Translations under genes and position numbers: made by a program
The notes under the pieces: model-generated
Database searches by the model: none
What the model was told of the DNA's origin: nothing
The model's input: the letters and a program-made list of their open reading frames with translations, nothing else
Part shown: positions 1 to 15,599 of the stretch, one piece after another
Position numbering within the stretch: position 1 is the stretch's first letter
How the letters are laid out: each line of letters starts with the position of its first letter
Source of the DNA: an uncultured Planctomycetaceae bacterium
Lineage (GTDB): Bacteria > Planctomycetota > Planctomycetia > Planctomycetales > Planctomycetaceae
Direction: 5' to 3'
Assembly (NCBI GenBank): GCA_963813715.1
Contig: CAWFAK010000017.1
Location: 768,001 to 832,000, forward strand
DNA length: 64,000 nt

Positions 1-1
1 C

Positions 2-595
2 GTCATCTTCGACGCGCTCGGCGCGAGCGGACACGACGCGGCGACCGGCAAACAGTTGTGGCGCACGTCGCTGTGGACCAACGAGTTCCACAACAACATC
101 GCGCAGCCGATCGTCGGCAAAGACGCGGGTGCCGAGGGCGCCGTGTTCCTCAGCAGCGGCTACGGGACCGGGAGCATCCTGTTCGATGTCAATAAGTCGG
201 GCGACGACTGGACCGTCAGTGAACGCTGGAAGGCGCCGAACAAGTTCAAGCTCAAATTCAATTCCGGCGTGACTCGCGACGGCGTCGTCTACGGCCTCGA
301 CGAAGGGATCCTAGCCTGCTTCGACCTCTCAACCGGCCGTCAACGTTGGAAGCGTGGGCACTACGGCTACGGCCAGCTCCTGCTCTTTGAAAATCTTCTC
401 TTCGTGATTTCCGAAGAAGGCGACGCCGTGTTCTTGGAAGTTTCCCCGAGCAATGCCCAGGAGATCGTCCGCTTCCACGCGATTGACGGCAAAACCTGGA
501 ACCACCCGGCCTACAGCCACGGCCGACTGTACGTTCGCAACGCCGAAGAAGCCGTGTGCTACGACCTCATGCCGGCACAAACGGGTTGGCGATAA
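2..595 (+). CDS. PQQ-like beta-propeller (BamB-family) protein, 5'-partial at window edge
   Basis: Open frame from base 2; motifs DAATGKQLW, LACFDLSTGRQRWK and GKTWNHPAYSHGRLYVRN typical of PQQ-binding-like repeat proteins. Confidence 0.8.
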   Translation, partial: VIFDALGASGHDAATGKQLWRTSLWTNEFHNNIAQPIVGKDAGAEGAVFLSSGYGTGSILFDVNKSGDDWTVSERWKAPNKFKLKFNSGVTRDGVVYGLDEGILACFDLSTGRQRWKRGHYGYGQLLLFENLLFVISEEGDAVFLEVSPSNAQEIVRFHAIDGKTWNHPAYSHGRLYVRNAEEAVCYDLMPAQTGWR

Positions 596-704
596 TCGAG
601 TCGTCGGCGAGCGCGGGCCATTCCGAATCCGGGCTGACGCGACTGGACTCTGATACGACCCTCACACCGAATGTGCCGTCTTGGGCGTCATTCTGCATGA
701 GTCG

Positions 705-1712
705 GTCCGACACCTGCACCTGTGTTTCACCGCGCCTCATTTTCCGTTGCAGGCCCGACCCGCCGACGTCGATCGCTACCGAGGAAAGTATGCAAGCGGA
801 TGGGACGCGCTCAGGCAGCAGCGGTACACGCGACAGAAGGAGCTCGGCGTCATCGACGCGCAGTGGCCGTTGTCTCCCCGTGACTCGGAAGCGCAATCGT
901 GGGAGGAAGTGCCCAAGACCGCGCGTGCCGAGTTAGAGCTGCGGATGTCCATTTATGCCGCCATGATTGATAGCGTGGATCGCGGCGTCGGCCGCGTGCT
1001 GGATGAAATCCGACAGTCTGGCGTCGAGCAGGACACGGTCGTCATTTTTGTTTCGGACAACGGCGCGAGCGCCGAGGCCATCGAAACACCCGGCGACGAA
1101 CGGCCCCAGGACCGGGCATCGACTGATTCGACGACACCCGCACACCGCAGCCTCGGAGCGGGCTGGGCTAACGCCGCCAACACTCCTTTCCGCGGATACA
1201 AAATGTGGCTCCAAGAGGGGGGCGTCTCGACTCCGTTAATCATTTCCTGGCCTCGTAAATTGAGGCAGGGTGGATCGATCACGCCGCAAGTCGGACACGT
1301 GATCGACTTGATGCCGACCTGCCTGGACCTGGCGCATGTCAAATATCCACGCGTGTTTCAAGGCCGGGAATTGACGCCGCTCGAGGGACGGAGCCTCGTC
1401 CCGATCCTGGACGGTGGCACTCCGACTCCCCGGACGTTGTTCTGGGAGCACGAGGGGAATCGAGCCATTCGCGACGGCGATCTGAAACTCGTCTCGGACT
1501 TTCGAGGAAGTTGGCAACTGTACGATCTTAAGACGGATCGGACCGAGACCCACAATCTTTCGGCCCAACGCCCGGACGTTGTCGCCCGCCTGAATGCGAT
1601 CTGGCAGTTGTGGGCCGATCGAGTCGGCGTCGTCGACTGGTCAACGCTGCCCGGCTCGAACTATCGCCCGTCGCCCAGCTACCGAAAAAAGTCGGAGCCG
1701 GTCGCCCGTTGA
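705..1712 (+). pseudogene. Arylsulfatase C-terminal portion, 5'-truncated
   Basis: FTAPHFPLQA, YAAMIDSVDRGVG, FVSDNG, EGGVSTPLI, LFWEHEGNRAIR motifs; the N-terminal CxPxR catalytic region is absent and there are only ~110 bp of room upstream. Confidence 0.75.
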
Positions 1713-1955
1713 AGTGACCGTCCTCGTCGATCACTCGCAGCCGTCTGCCAGAAGCTTCTCAGTTCAACAAATTCGATCGACGGCATGCGCGACTTCGGCG
1801 GTCGTGTGGCGGGGGCGCTCCGCTTTGAACGATTCGGACCGTCGAGCGTGTTGCGGCTTGCTACAGTCTCGTTTGACCAAAGTCCCAGCAACATGCGCCA
1901 GACGATGAGCCCCGGCTAAAAATTCCGGATTTGGGCAGTTTGGTTGCACTTCCGG

Positions 1956-3106
1956 TTAAACGCCCGCCGGTCCTGATTGCGCTCCGATTATTCTTGCCTT
2001 GGTGGGCAACGAAAATCGGAAGGTCGATCCGAACCCCTCCTTGCTGTCGACGGTCACCTTCCCACCCTCGGCCTCGGTAAACGTCTTCACGATCGCGAGG
2101 CCCAATCCCATTCCACTTTCGTTTGCTGGATCGGTTTCTCCCTTGTCGAAGATCTTTGCGAGAAGCTCTTCGGGGATGCCCGCGCCATTGTCACTGACCC
2201 AGCACTCAACGACACCTTCCGTATCAAGTTCACGGGCTCCGATGATCACTTCGCCGCGCGGCGTGTACTGGATGGCGTTGGCAATCAAGTTTTGAAAGAC
2301 ACGCCTCAATAATCCGGCGTCGGCATAGATCATCAAGTCGTCGGGCACCTTGTTGATCAGCCGAGTGCTGGCAGTGCCTGCCACCGGATGGAGATCGTGA
2401 ATGAGGCCCTCGACGAGCGGCCACAAATCAAACTCGCGCCGTACGACTTTGATCCCGATTTCAGTGTGAAGGTTCGAGTTTTCCTCGAGCACCTTGCCGA
2501 CCAGCTCTTCGAGATGCCGCACATTGCGACGCAAGGTCTTCAACATCTGGGCCATTTCAGCGTCACTGGTGCCTCGTTCCGCGAGCGTCAGTTCCAGAAC
2601 CCTCCCCGCGAGTGCGATGGCATTCAGCGGAGTTCGGAGATCATGTGCCACAAAGGCGAGATACTCTTCCCGGCGCCGCTGCACCTCCAGGCGCGCTGAG
2701 TGGCGTAGGCCTGCAATGCCAGGCCGATCGCATGGTCGAAGACCCGGTTGAGAATGTGGAAAGGCTTCCCTTGCAGGCTCAAACCGTTCTCGTCGGCAAG
2801 GTCGTGGATGCAGCCGCGCAGGATGTTGTATTCCGCAACGACCTCCTCAATATCAAATGCATCTTGGACGCGCTGCAGGCCATGAGCCGGAGGACTGCTG
2901 CCACTGAGCGATTCCGGGATCGTCTGGTCAGAATGTGATTCGAGGGCCCTAGCTAATTCGCCAAGCACTCCAGGCATGTGATCGTTGAGCGTCGGAATGT
3001 CCAGGTGCCGCGCGGAAGGGAGCTCCCGCACTTGTTGGCGCCATCGCGAGAGTAACGCTGGGCCTGCCTGCTTGATGAGCGCGGCCAGTTTGTCCAGATC
3101 GTTCAC
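1956..3106 (-). CDS. Sensor histidine kinase with N-terminal RsbRD_N-like domain (one frameshift ~2685)
   Basis: H-box AHDLRTPL, N-box NLIANAIQY, DNGAGI and GMGLGL; ORFs 2624..3106 and 1956..2684 join by one indel. Confidence 0.85.
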
Positions 3107-3300
3107 GTGCTCAAACCTCAGGCTGATGTCGTCCAGCGAGCTTGTGCTCCCTATTATCCGACATCGGACGATTTAATGAGAGGGAACTAGCGGATTTCGG
3201 GCTCTCCCGCCCTCCCAGCTCAGGACATCCTAACGCATTACCAGATGAACGGATCGGCGCCTTCATCGGACCCAGCGCGCGGCTCTCCCGGGTTGCCAAG

Positions 3301-6313
<3,013 letters not shown>

Positions 6314-6867
6314 GGCTAGCTTTACTTGACGCTCAGGTGCCTCCGACCGCGACAACGAATTCATTTTGCGGCTGTTGCGACGGCGACGCAACAGGCGGCG
6401 AGGATCCCGGATCGATCACACCTTTGAGGCCATTTGCGCGTCCGAGAAATCGTTCCTTTTCCGGTCGTCTTCCAGACAAATCCGAGACGCGACCGTCCCC
6501 TGACATCGGAGTCCGGGAAAGTCATCAAGAAATTCAAAACACCGGGAACTCGTCGGATCCCGGGTTTCTGATTGGCGTGTTTTTGGGGGTGGCCGATCCG
6601 CTGTGCGTATCAGGAGGACCGCAACCGATAGATATGCCGGACCTCGCAGACCGGAAAAATCTTCAAAGTTGTTTACACGGCCGTAGAAACTCGAGATTGG
6701 CGGCGGGCCGTTGTTGCGGCAGGCTGGAGATAGCCGGCGTGCTGCGAGGCGAGGGAGGGTCGCCGTGCGCCGGTGGATCCTGTTGTCGATTGTCGGTCCC
6801 GCTTTGATGCAAGGCGGTCTGGTGCGGAGGCTGTCTTGTGCGGCGGCGAGGATGGTCAGAAATCTGT

Positions 6868-6933
6868 CCGGCGGGGTTCGGATCCCCGCCGGGGACGAAA
6901 TTTGGATCCCCGGCGGTGATGGGGATCCGTTTT
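6868..6933. other. Three overlapping GC-rich inverted repeats; the last is terminator-like on +
   Basis: Stems 6868-6876/6884-6892, 6886-6895/6907-6916 and 6904-6911/6921-6928, followed by GTTTT. Confidence 0.55.
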
Positions 6934-7256
6934 CACTAGAGGGGCGAAAGATTCCCGGCAGCCTCGGTGAGCTGACTGTCAACGGTCAAGGTCCGGTCCG
7001 GACACTTTCGCCGACAGGGGGCTAAGTACTTTCACGGGGGGTTGGGCCACAATTTTTTTCTGTCTAGGTGACCCACGAAATTCGTGACCCACTGCTGATC
7101 GCGGGACGGGACACGGGGGAGTTCAGGGTCCAAGGTCGAGAACGTCAGAGGGTCGCAATCCTGACTTTGGACTTTGGACCAGGGACCTTGGACCAAGACC
7201 GGGACGGGACACATTGGGACGGGACACGCGGGACACGCGAAGGATTGGAGGACAGA

Positions 7257-7293
7257 CCCTCACCCCGGCCTCTCCCGGAGTACCGGGCGAGGG
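7257..7293. repeat. REP-like hairpin copy 1
   Basis: CCCTCACCCCGGCCTCTCCCGGAGTACCGGGCGAGGG, imperfect palindrome. Confidence 0.85.
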
Positions 7294-7491
7294 GGCAAGA
7301 GTGGGACGGGACACGTTGTTTTATCGGGGAAATTTCGAAGAATATTGCGCGGCGGAAAGAGGTTGGCCGGTGGGTCGGGACACTTTGTTTCACTAGGGAG
7401 ATGACCCACCAAAGTAGTTGACCCGCCTCACCGATGTTCGCGGGAGGACGGGACGGGACACATCTTTAATAGAAGGAAACGCCCCGGGTCT

Positions 7492-7529
7492 CCCTCACCC
7501 CGGCCCTCTCCCGGAGTACCGGGCGAGGG
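7492..7529. repeat. REP-like hairpin copy 2
   Basis: CCCTCACCCCGGCCCTCTCCCGGAGTACCGGGCGAGGG. Confidence 0.85.
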
Positions 7530-7769
7530 TGACAGCGTGGGACGGGACACGTTGTTTTATCGGGAAACGCTCGAAGAATGTTGGCGGCGGAAAGAGGTTG
7601 GCCGGTGGGCGGTGGGTCGGGACACTTTGTTTCACTCGGGAGATGACCCACCAAAGTAGTTGACCCGCTCCCCGCGGGACATTGGGACGGGAGGGCGGGA
7701 CGGGACACGTTGTTTCACCGAGAAAAGCCCTGAGAAATCGCCCTCACCCCGGCCCTTGTATGTTGAAAA

Positions 7770-7995
7770 AAGGTCGAATCTGCGCATTTGATGGGGACAG
7801 CTGTGGGAAAGCTTGCGAAGCGTAGCGAAGCAAGGTTTCCCACAGCGGCCGGCGGTAGATCGTCCGCCCTCAGGTCCAAGAAGACCGTGGGAGAGCTGGA
7901 TCGCCGCCGGTCTCATGAGATCAGCCCGAACAGCCGTCAGAGCCGTCGGGGCGCCAGTCGCCGCTCGAGCTCGCATTCGCAAGGACGGGACATCG
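7770..7995 (+). ncRNA. Predicted bridge RNA of the IS110 element (ends approximate)
   Basis: 5' hairpin 7800-7846; stem-loop 7847-7912 with GCCCT (7866-7870) and TGGGAGAG (7888-7895) matching the target; stem-loop ~7925-7989 with ACAGCCG (7930-7936) and CAAG (7980-7983) matching the donor. Confidence 0.75.
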
Positions 7996-7997
7996 TC

Positions 7998-8950
<953 letters not shown>

Positions 8951-8974
8951 CTCTTGAAAAGAAACACAGCCGCT

Positions 8975-9125
8975 CTCCCAGCAGATTGGGCGAGGGTGAA
9001 ACTGGCGGGACGGGACTCATTTGCAGCGGGGCGGGACAAGTTGACGGGACCGCAATGTGTCCCATGTTAATGTCGCTTGGCAAAAAGACTTAGGAGAAGC
9101 ACCGGACGGGACGGGACACGTGCTA
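8975..9125 (+). repeat. Continuation of the REP/GGGAC array right of the IS
   Basis: Right half of the hairpin at 8975-8996; several GGGAC motifs at 9007-9050; GGGACAC at 9113; one reverse copy at 9057-9063. Confidence 0.8.
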
Positions 9126-9144
9126 CTGATAGAACCGACGCGGG

Positions 9145-12100
9145 TCAATTCAGGGTTTCGAGCAAGGCGGTGGCGTCGCGGAGGTCGGGCGTTCCGAAGC
9201 CTTCGGAGTAGGTGCCGTAGATGGTGGCGAGTGCGGCGCGGGCTTCTTCGGGGCGGCCTTGTCGCTGCCAGAGTCGGGCCAGACTTGTCGTGGCTCGCAG
9301 TTCCCACGCTCGGCTCTGCTGGCGACGGGACGTGTCGAGGGCTTGGCGGAAGCAGGCTTCGGCGGCGGTTGCCTGGTCGGGGGACTCGGCCAGTAGGAGT
9401 TCGCCCTGCAGGCGGTGGAGTTCGGCCTCGTGGCAGCGGTCGTCGTTCTTTTCGGCGACGGCCAGCGCTTCGTCGAGCGTCTTGTGCGCCTCGGCGAAGC
9501 GGGCACATTGTGTATAGGCGTCGCCCAACAGTGCTAGGTAAGCCGGAGTGCGGACTTCGGCTCCGGTGGCCCGGAAATCGCGAAAGCCCTCGAGCAGGAG
9601 GGGCAGTGCTTCGTCGCGTCGCCCTTTCAGAAGCATTCCCGCCCCTTTGTGGAGCGTGGCCAACGCGTGCCACAGCTCAAAACTCTGCTCGGCTCCGAGC
9701 GTCAGCTCTTCGTCGGCGGCCTGCTGGACCTCGGGGCCGAGGCGGCAGTAGTGAGCGAGAAAGGCGGTGAAGTCGACGGCATGGCCGAGGCTGTAGGCGT
9801 GGCCGATGGTCCGGGCGAGTTCCCGCGCCTCGCCATCCAGCTTGAGTGCCTGGTCCGGGTAGCCCAGGTGCCACAGCGCCAGCGAGAGATAGTTGCGGTG
9901 CGTGACGCCCGCGTTGTGACCGGTCGAGGCGGTCCAGAATTTGGTGCGCTCGCGGTCGTCGTAGGCGGCCAGGGCCTTCTCGCAGTGATCGCGGGCCTCG
10001 GCGAATTGGCCGCGGTAAAACATCGTGGCGCCCGGCATGAATAAGGCTTCCATCCACATGCCGGGATCGTCCAAACGTTCGGCGAGGGCCATGCCGTCGG
10101 CGGCGAGGTCCACGGCGATCCGCAAATCGCCCCGCACGAGTCGCCACTCCCACATGCCCAGCATGATGCCGAAGAGCTGTCGCGGATCGCCGATTCGCTC
10201 GCAGAGTTCGCGGGCTCGCAGCAGAGTCGGTCCGACCTCGGGAGCGGCGTATCCGCGAACGGCGATGTACGCCGGGCCCAGCGTGGTGAGGAACTGCAAT
10301 TCGCGGCGGTCGCGCTCGGGAGTTTCCTCGAGCGTCCTCAAGAGCGCGAGACCTTTTGTGAGATGGCCGATCGCCTCGACGTCGGCCGAGCGTTCCTTCG
10401 ACCGCAGTCCGGCCTGCAACCAGTACCCGATCGCCTTTTCGGCAAGGCCCGCTTCCGTGAAATGGTGCGCGAGCAGCTCGGGCCGGGACTCGACAGTCTG
10501 CGGGAACCGGTTCTCCAGCGCGGCGGCGGCCCGTCCGTGGAATTCCTGTCTCCTCTTCTTCACCAGCGAGTTGTACAAGGCATCTTCGAGCAGGGCGTGC
10601 TTGAAGATGTACGTGCAGCCGGGCGGCCGGCCCTTCTGGAATAGAATCTCCGCCCGGACCAGTTTGTCGAGTTCGACGTCGAGGTCGGCCTCGTCGTGGG
10701 TCGTGACGGCAGCCATCAATTCGTGGCTGAACTCGCGGCCGAGCGTGGCGGCAAGCTGTGCGACCTCCTGTTCGCCTTCCATCCGATCGAGCCGGGCGTT
10801 CATGAGGTCTTGCAGCGTGGCGGGGATCTGGTGGGCTGGAAGGACGGTCGCCGGGGGGGTTCCGTCGCCCTTGCGCCGTGGCTGCCCCCGACTCTTGCAC
10901 CATCTTGGTGAACTCTTCGACGAACAGCGGGACGCCTCCGGTGCGATCATAGACTTGCTCGATGACCGCGTCGGAGAGTGCGCCGCCGGACTTCTTGCGC
11001 ATCAACTCGCCGGCCTGGCGTCGCGTCAGCCGGTTCAGGGCCAGGCTGGTTTGATGAGCGACGGCCGGCCAGGGCGTCTGAAATTCCGGGCGGAAGGTGA
11101 GCAGTGTGAGGATGCGATCGTGCAGACCCGCGGCAATAAACTGCCCCAAGAATTCCAAGGTGGATGCGTCCACCCAATGCAAGTCCTCGACGATGAGCAG
11201 AATCGGTCGCTGCGCGGCGCGGGCTTGCAGCCAGTCGACCAGCGCCCGAAAGGTCTCCTCGCGTTGCCGAGGCGGCGACAGCGAAAGCGGCGGGAAACGA
11301 TCGTTGGTCGGGAGCGACAGCAGGGACGCCCAGAGCGAGACGGTTTCCGGCCGGGCCAACCCGTATTGATCGAGGTAATGCACCAGCCGGTCGAAGCGGG
11401 CCTGCGTTGCGTGTTCGGTTCCGAGTTTATTCTCGGGCCCGAATTCGAGGGCGCGCTCGAAAAAGTCGATGGCGGGGTACAGGCCCGTGTTCTGGAAGTG
11501 GGGCGAGCAGCGCCATTCAATAACCGGCGAGTCAGTCTCGCCTTCGACGAGTTGACCGAGGACATGGTCCTTCAGCGTGTAGACCAATCGCGACTTGCCG
11601 AGGCCCGCTTCGCCGACGAGCAGCACGACTTGGCCCATTCCCTCGGCCGCCTGCTCCCAGCGATCCTTGAGGAGGCTCGTTTCCTGATCGCGGCCGGTCA
11701 GAGGCGAGAGTTCGGTCGGCGCCGACGCCTCGATCAAACTGCCGGCCCAAGCGATGCCCTCGACATGGAAAAGCTGGACCGATTGGGCCATGCCCTTGAT
11801 CTTCTTTTGCCCCAGGTCCGCACAGCGAAAGCGACCGCGGAACAGCCGGTGGGTGTCTTCCGTGCAAATGAGCTGGCCCGGCGCTGCCGACGTCGCCCAG
11901 GCGAAGGGCCGCATTTCGCGCTTCGCCGACCAGCGAGACCGCGTCATCCTTTTTCTCGACAACGGCCGGCCCTGTGTGAATGCCGACCCACGGATTCAGT
12001 TGCAGCTGGTGTTTGCGGCGGAGTCGCTCGCCCAGGTCTTTCAGCTCGTCGAGCATGCGAAGGCCGGCCCGAGCGGCGCGGCGGGCGGCGTCTTCGTATG

Positions 12101-13421
12101 CGACCGGGTAGCCGAAGCAGGCCAAGAATCCTTGTTCGTTGCATTGCACCACGGCCCCGTCCAGCCCGCGCACGGCCCGCTCGCAGATCTGCTCGAACAT
12201 CTGCAATACTTTGGCCTGGTCTTCGGCATCCAGGTTTTCGAGGTACGTCTCCGACTCGAACAGCTCCGAGGCGCAGACCAAAACCGTCACCTGGCGACGT
12301 TCGGCTTCACGCACGCGGCGGCGGGACGAAGACAGCGTCACCGATTCGTTCCGCGAGGTCTCTCGGTAGGACATCCCAGCGGGAATTCCGGTCGCCGGCT
12401 GTCGCAACGACGAGGGTGGCATCCCGGAGTCCGGCGTGGTCTGGAGGACGCGCCGCAGGTCGTCGGCAAAATCGGCTGCCGTCGTGTAGCGGTCCTGCAT
12501 TTTCTTGGCGAGCGCCTTGAGGCAAATCCGCTCTACTTCCGGCGGAAGTTCTCTGGCGACCTGACGGGGAGGCTGCGGCTCGTCGTCGCGCACCTGCCGC
12601 AAGAGTTCGTGCGACTGCTCCGCGCGGAAGGGAATGCGACCGCAGAGCATCTCGTAGAGGACCACGCCCAGGCTGTAAATGTCTGTGCGGCCGTCAATAC
12701 GATGGGCAGTGCCGACGACCTGCTCGGGCGCCATATAAGCCGGGGTGCCGGAAATAATGCCGAGTTCGCTGCCGCCGGCCGACGAATCGTCGAGCGCGAG
12801 GCCGAAGTCAACGAGCACGGGGGCGCCGCCGGACGTGAGAATGATGTTGGCGGGTTTCACGTCGCGGTGAATCGTGAACTGGGCGTGGGCATGAGCGAGC
12901 GCATCGGCCACGGCGGCGACAATCGTCACGGCGTGTTGCCACGAGGGCGAGTTGTGTTTCAGCCAGCGCGCCAGGTCCTGGCCGTCGAGATAGTCGGAGA
13001 CGATGAAGACCTGACCGTCCTGCGTGCCGACGTCGTGCACCGTCACGATTCCCGAGTGACGCAGCCGGGCAAGCCGCCGCGCCTCCTGCAGCAAACGGTC
13101 GGCCTCGGCGGGCGGTCCCTCAGCGCCGCCGCGAAAGACCTTGATCGCCACGGGCCGATCGAGTTGGCTGTCGTGACCCAGATAGACCGCACCAAAGCCG
13201 CCGTGTCCCAAAACCTTTCGCACCTGATAGCGGCCGAACGCGGGCGGAGGAGGCGGTAGGGGAGCCGGCGGCTGTGTGATCGCCGGTCCGGTAATTCCTC
13301 CGGGAACAAACGTCTGCTGGCTGTGCGATGCCTCGGCCGAAAACTCGAAAATCAGCGGAGGCGCAGACTCCGATTCGGGGGAGGGAGGATCGGGCGGATC
13401 GGGAGTAGTCGAACTATCCAC
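9145..13421 (-). CDS. Ser/Thr kinase - class III cyclase-like - AAA/STAND ATPase - TPR-like fusion (frameshifts ~11900, ~10890)
   Basis: Kinase GHGGFGAV/HRDVKPAN/DFG; ERRQVTVL..FGYPVAYED..VGIHTG; Walker A GEAGLGKS, Walker B LLIVEDLHW; YIFKHAL; RAWELRATTSLARL C-terminus across three frames. Confidence 0.88.
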
Positions 13422-13695
13422 CCCGTGCGCTCCCAGGGAATGCTGAGGGGATTCAGAAACGCGCTCGATTGAAATCCGATTGGCGACGGCAAACAGCCCA
13501 CGGTCGCCAGCCGGCGGCAGTCGATTCGGGGCCCGCGATCAATCAGTATATCGAGCCGACGTTGCGCCAGGGGAGATTTCGCAATGCCTCTGAGGACCGG
13601 CATCAAAAGAGGTCTGAGTTCGACGGCCAAAATGCAAAATGCGCTCGGAAATGGTAAACTCAATTTCGTTCGACCTTCACCTCTGCGAGCCCATC

Positions 13696-14022
13696 ATGAT
13701 TCAAAATCGCGTCCGAATGCCCGAGTACCTTCGCCGCGGTTGTGCTCGCAAGCTGCAGACGGTCGAGACGAGCAATATCTTCCGGGCGATTCTCGCTTCT
13801 CTTTTGGAGGAAGATTGGACGACGCCGAACGTCGTGGAACTGCTGTTCTCTCGTGAACACCGCCTCTTGGGTCGCTCCGCTGGGGCAGTCAGCTTCAAAG
13901 CTTTTCATTGTGCTCAGCGCGGTTTGATTCGCAACATCCACGGGATCGCTGCGGTCGCCGAACTCGACGGAGATGAACTCGGCTATTTGCTCGGCCGAGT
14001 GGCGAAGATCAAGGTCGCCTGA
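13696..14022 (+). CDS. Hypothetical protein, paralog of 19281..19595
   Basis: Shares LL(E/D)E(D/N)WTTP and FKAFHCxxRGLIRNIHxxAAVAELDGDELGYLLG with its paralog; many differences are synonymous, supporting coding status. Confidence 0.75.
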   Translation: MIQNRVRMPEYLRRGCARKLQTVETSNIFRAILASLLEEDWTTPNVVELLFSREHRLLGRSAGAVSFKAFHCAQRGLIRNIHGIAAVAELDGDELGYLLGRVAKIKVA

Positions 14023-14501
14023 GCGACCTTCTCTCGCGCCGGCCGGTCTTCCATTTCCGAAGTTGACCTCGGCGCTGTTGCTCGCTCGCGACGCATCAAC
14101 ACGTGCGATGCCCGTGCGTCCGTCGTGACGGTGTCTTAGCCGCCGAATGTGCGCACTCTGACCGACGCGAGCGAGATCCGGCTCGGATTGCTCCATCAGC
14201 GCAGCCTGTTCACTGGCGCTGCGCCAGGACGATCCGACAGCAGTGCCAAGCGCGGTGAACATTCTGCGCGCATCCGTCCTGCCACTCACCGCTGGTCCGT
14301 TGGTACATGGCTTGCACATCGTGAACCCGCTCACCGTCACCTTGGGAAGACAACGCTGAGATGGCGGGCAAAGCAGGCAGAAAGCAGGGCGAAGAAGTCG
14401 TCAGAGGCCTTTGGGCAATCAGTGTGGTTGTCGCACGGGCAGTTCGTGAAGCTGCGACATCGCCGTCGGAACCGCGGTTTTGAAAAAAGTGAGGGACGAA
14501 G

Positions 14502-15566
14502 ATGAAGCGAATGCGTAACTTGCGAATCGGCTTGACAATCTGCGCCATCACGACGTTCGCGATGGGAGTGGGGAGTCGGCTCATCGCTCAGGATCAGCCG
14601 GCGAATCAACGACCATCTAATCCACCCGCCGCGGCCGAGCCGCAACAGCGAGGAGCGGATCAGGCCGGTCGTCAGCCCGAACAATCGCGCGACCAGGCTG
14701 AACAGGGTCGCACAGGTGAGCAAGCGGGTCGCCCAGACGGCGCTCCTGGCTACAAAGGTCTCGGTATCCAGTTTGAGACGCAATCTTCTTCGGGGCGAGG
14801 GCTCGAAATCGCGAACGTTGCCCCAAACAGTGCGGCGGCGCAAGCCGGCCTACGAGCGCACGACAGATTGATTTCGATCGATGGTCGCCCCTTCAAGCAC
14901 CATCGTCATGCGAAGGCTTATTTGACCGCGCAAACGGGCCGTCCCGTGCCTCTGATTATCGAACGTGACGGACGCCAGTACATGATTCAGTATGTTGCCG
15001 GCCAGCCGGAGGGAGATAGCGGGTGGTTAGGAATTCTGCTGTACGGCGAGAATGAGATGGCTCCGAACGGACCAAGCCAGCCCGCGGCCCAGCCAAGCAG
15101 TCCAGAAGGAGGCCAAAATGTGCAAAACTCTCAGAATTCGCCGAGCAACACTGTGACGAACGGTGCTCAAAATGCACCCGGCCAACCGGGAGCACGCGTC
15201 GCCCAGATCTATCCGGGAAGCCCCGCCGCCCGTGCAGGGCTACAGCCCGGCGACCTCGTGACGCAGATCAACGGTCAGAAGATCGATGATCCCGCGGAAT
15301 TGATCGCTCTCGTCCACGAGATGAAGCCGCAGACCCAAGCCGAGTTCGAGGTCACGCGGGAAAACCAGCCGCAAAAGATCTCGGTCACGATCGGCAGCCG
15401 AGCCAGCGAGTTTGCTGAAAGCCAGTCCGGTCCCGGACAGGGTCAGTACAGTCAAGTACAGGGACAGGCCGGTCCGGATCCGAACGCTCTGCAACGAATC
15501 GAAGAAGAAATGCGGCAGCTGCGCGACGAGATCCGGCAACTGCGTGAGCAATTGCAGAAGAAGTAA
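14502..15566 (+). CDS. Exported protein with two PDZ domains and a C-terminal coiled coil
   Basis: Signal-like N-terminus; GLGI..VAPNSAAAQAGL..D and WLGI..IYPGSPAARAGLQPGD. Confidence 0.85.
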   Translation: MKRMRNLRIGLTICAITTFAMGVGSRLIAQDQPANQRPSNPPAAAEPQQRGADQAGRQPEQSRDQAEQGRTGEQAGRPDGAPGYKGLGIQFETQSSSGRGLEIANVAPNSAAAQAGLRAHDRLISIDGRPFKHHRHAKAYLTAQTGRPVPLIIERDGRQYMIQYVAGQPEGDSGWLGILLYGENEMAPNGPSQPAAQPSSPEGGQNVQNSQNSPSNTVTNGAQNAPGQPGARVAQIYPGSPAARAGLQPGDLVTQINGQKIDDPAELIALVHEMKPQTQAEFEVTRENQPQKISVTIGSRASEFAESQSGPGQGQYSQVQGQAGPDPNALQRIEEEMRQLRDEIRQLREQLQKK

Positions 15567-15599
15567 AATCACCGATTTTCGCAAACCGGAGAACGAATC

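Larger units (their letters stand above)
7100..7756 (+). repeat. Composite non-coding array: GGGAC(GGGAC)AC motifs, REP-like hairpins and a ~170-bp duplicated block
   Basis: GGGACAC at 7108, 7206, 7221, 7230, 7308, 7377, 7455, 7544, 7619 and 7702; block 7257-7426 repeated at 7492-7668. Confidence 0.9.

Noticed and set aside
6416..7025. Protein-coding genes between the kinase and the repeat array
   Set aside because: ORFs on both strands lack motifs and clear start signals and overlap palindromic sequence
7100..7756. CRISPR array
   Set aside because: Repeats are short, irregularly spaced and the intervening sequences are themselves duplicated; no cas genes in the window
10025..13259. Long + strand ORFs (831 aa, 501 aa) and similar antisense ORFs elsewhere
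   Set aside because: Shadows of real high-GC genes on the opposite strand; no motifs and Arg/Ser/Pro-rich composition
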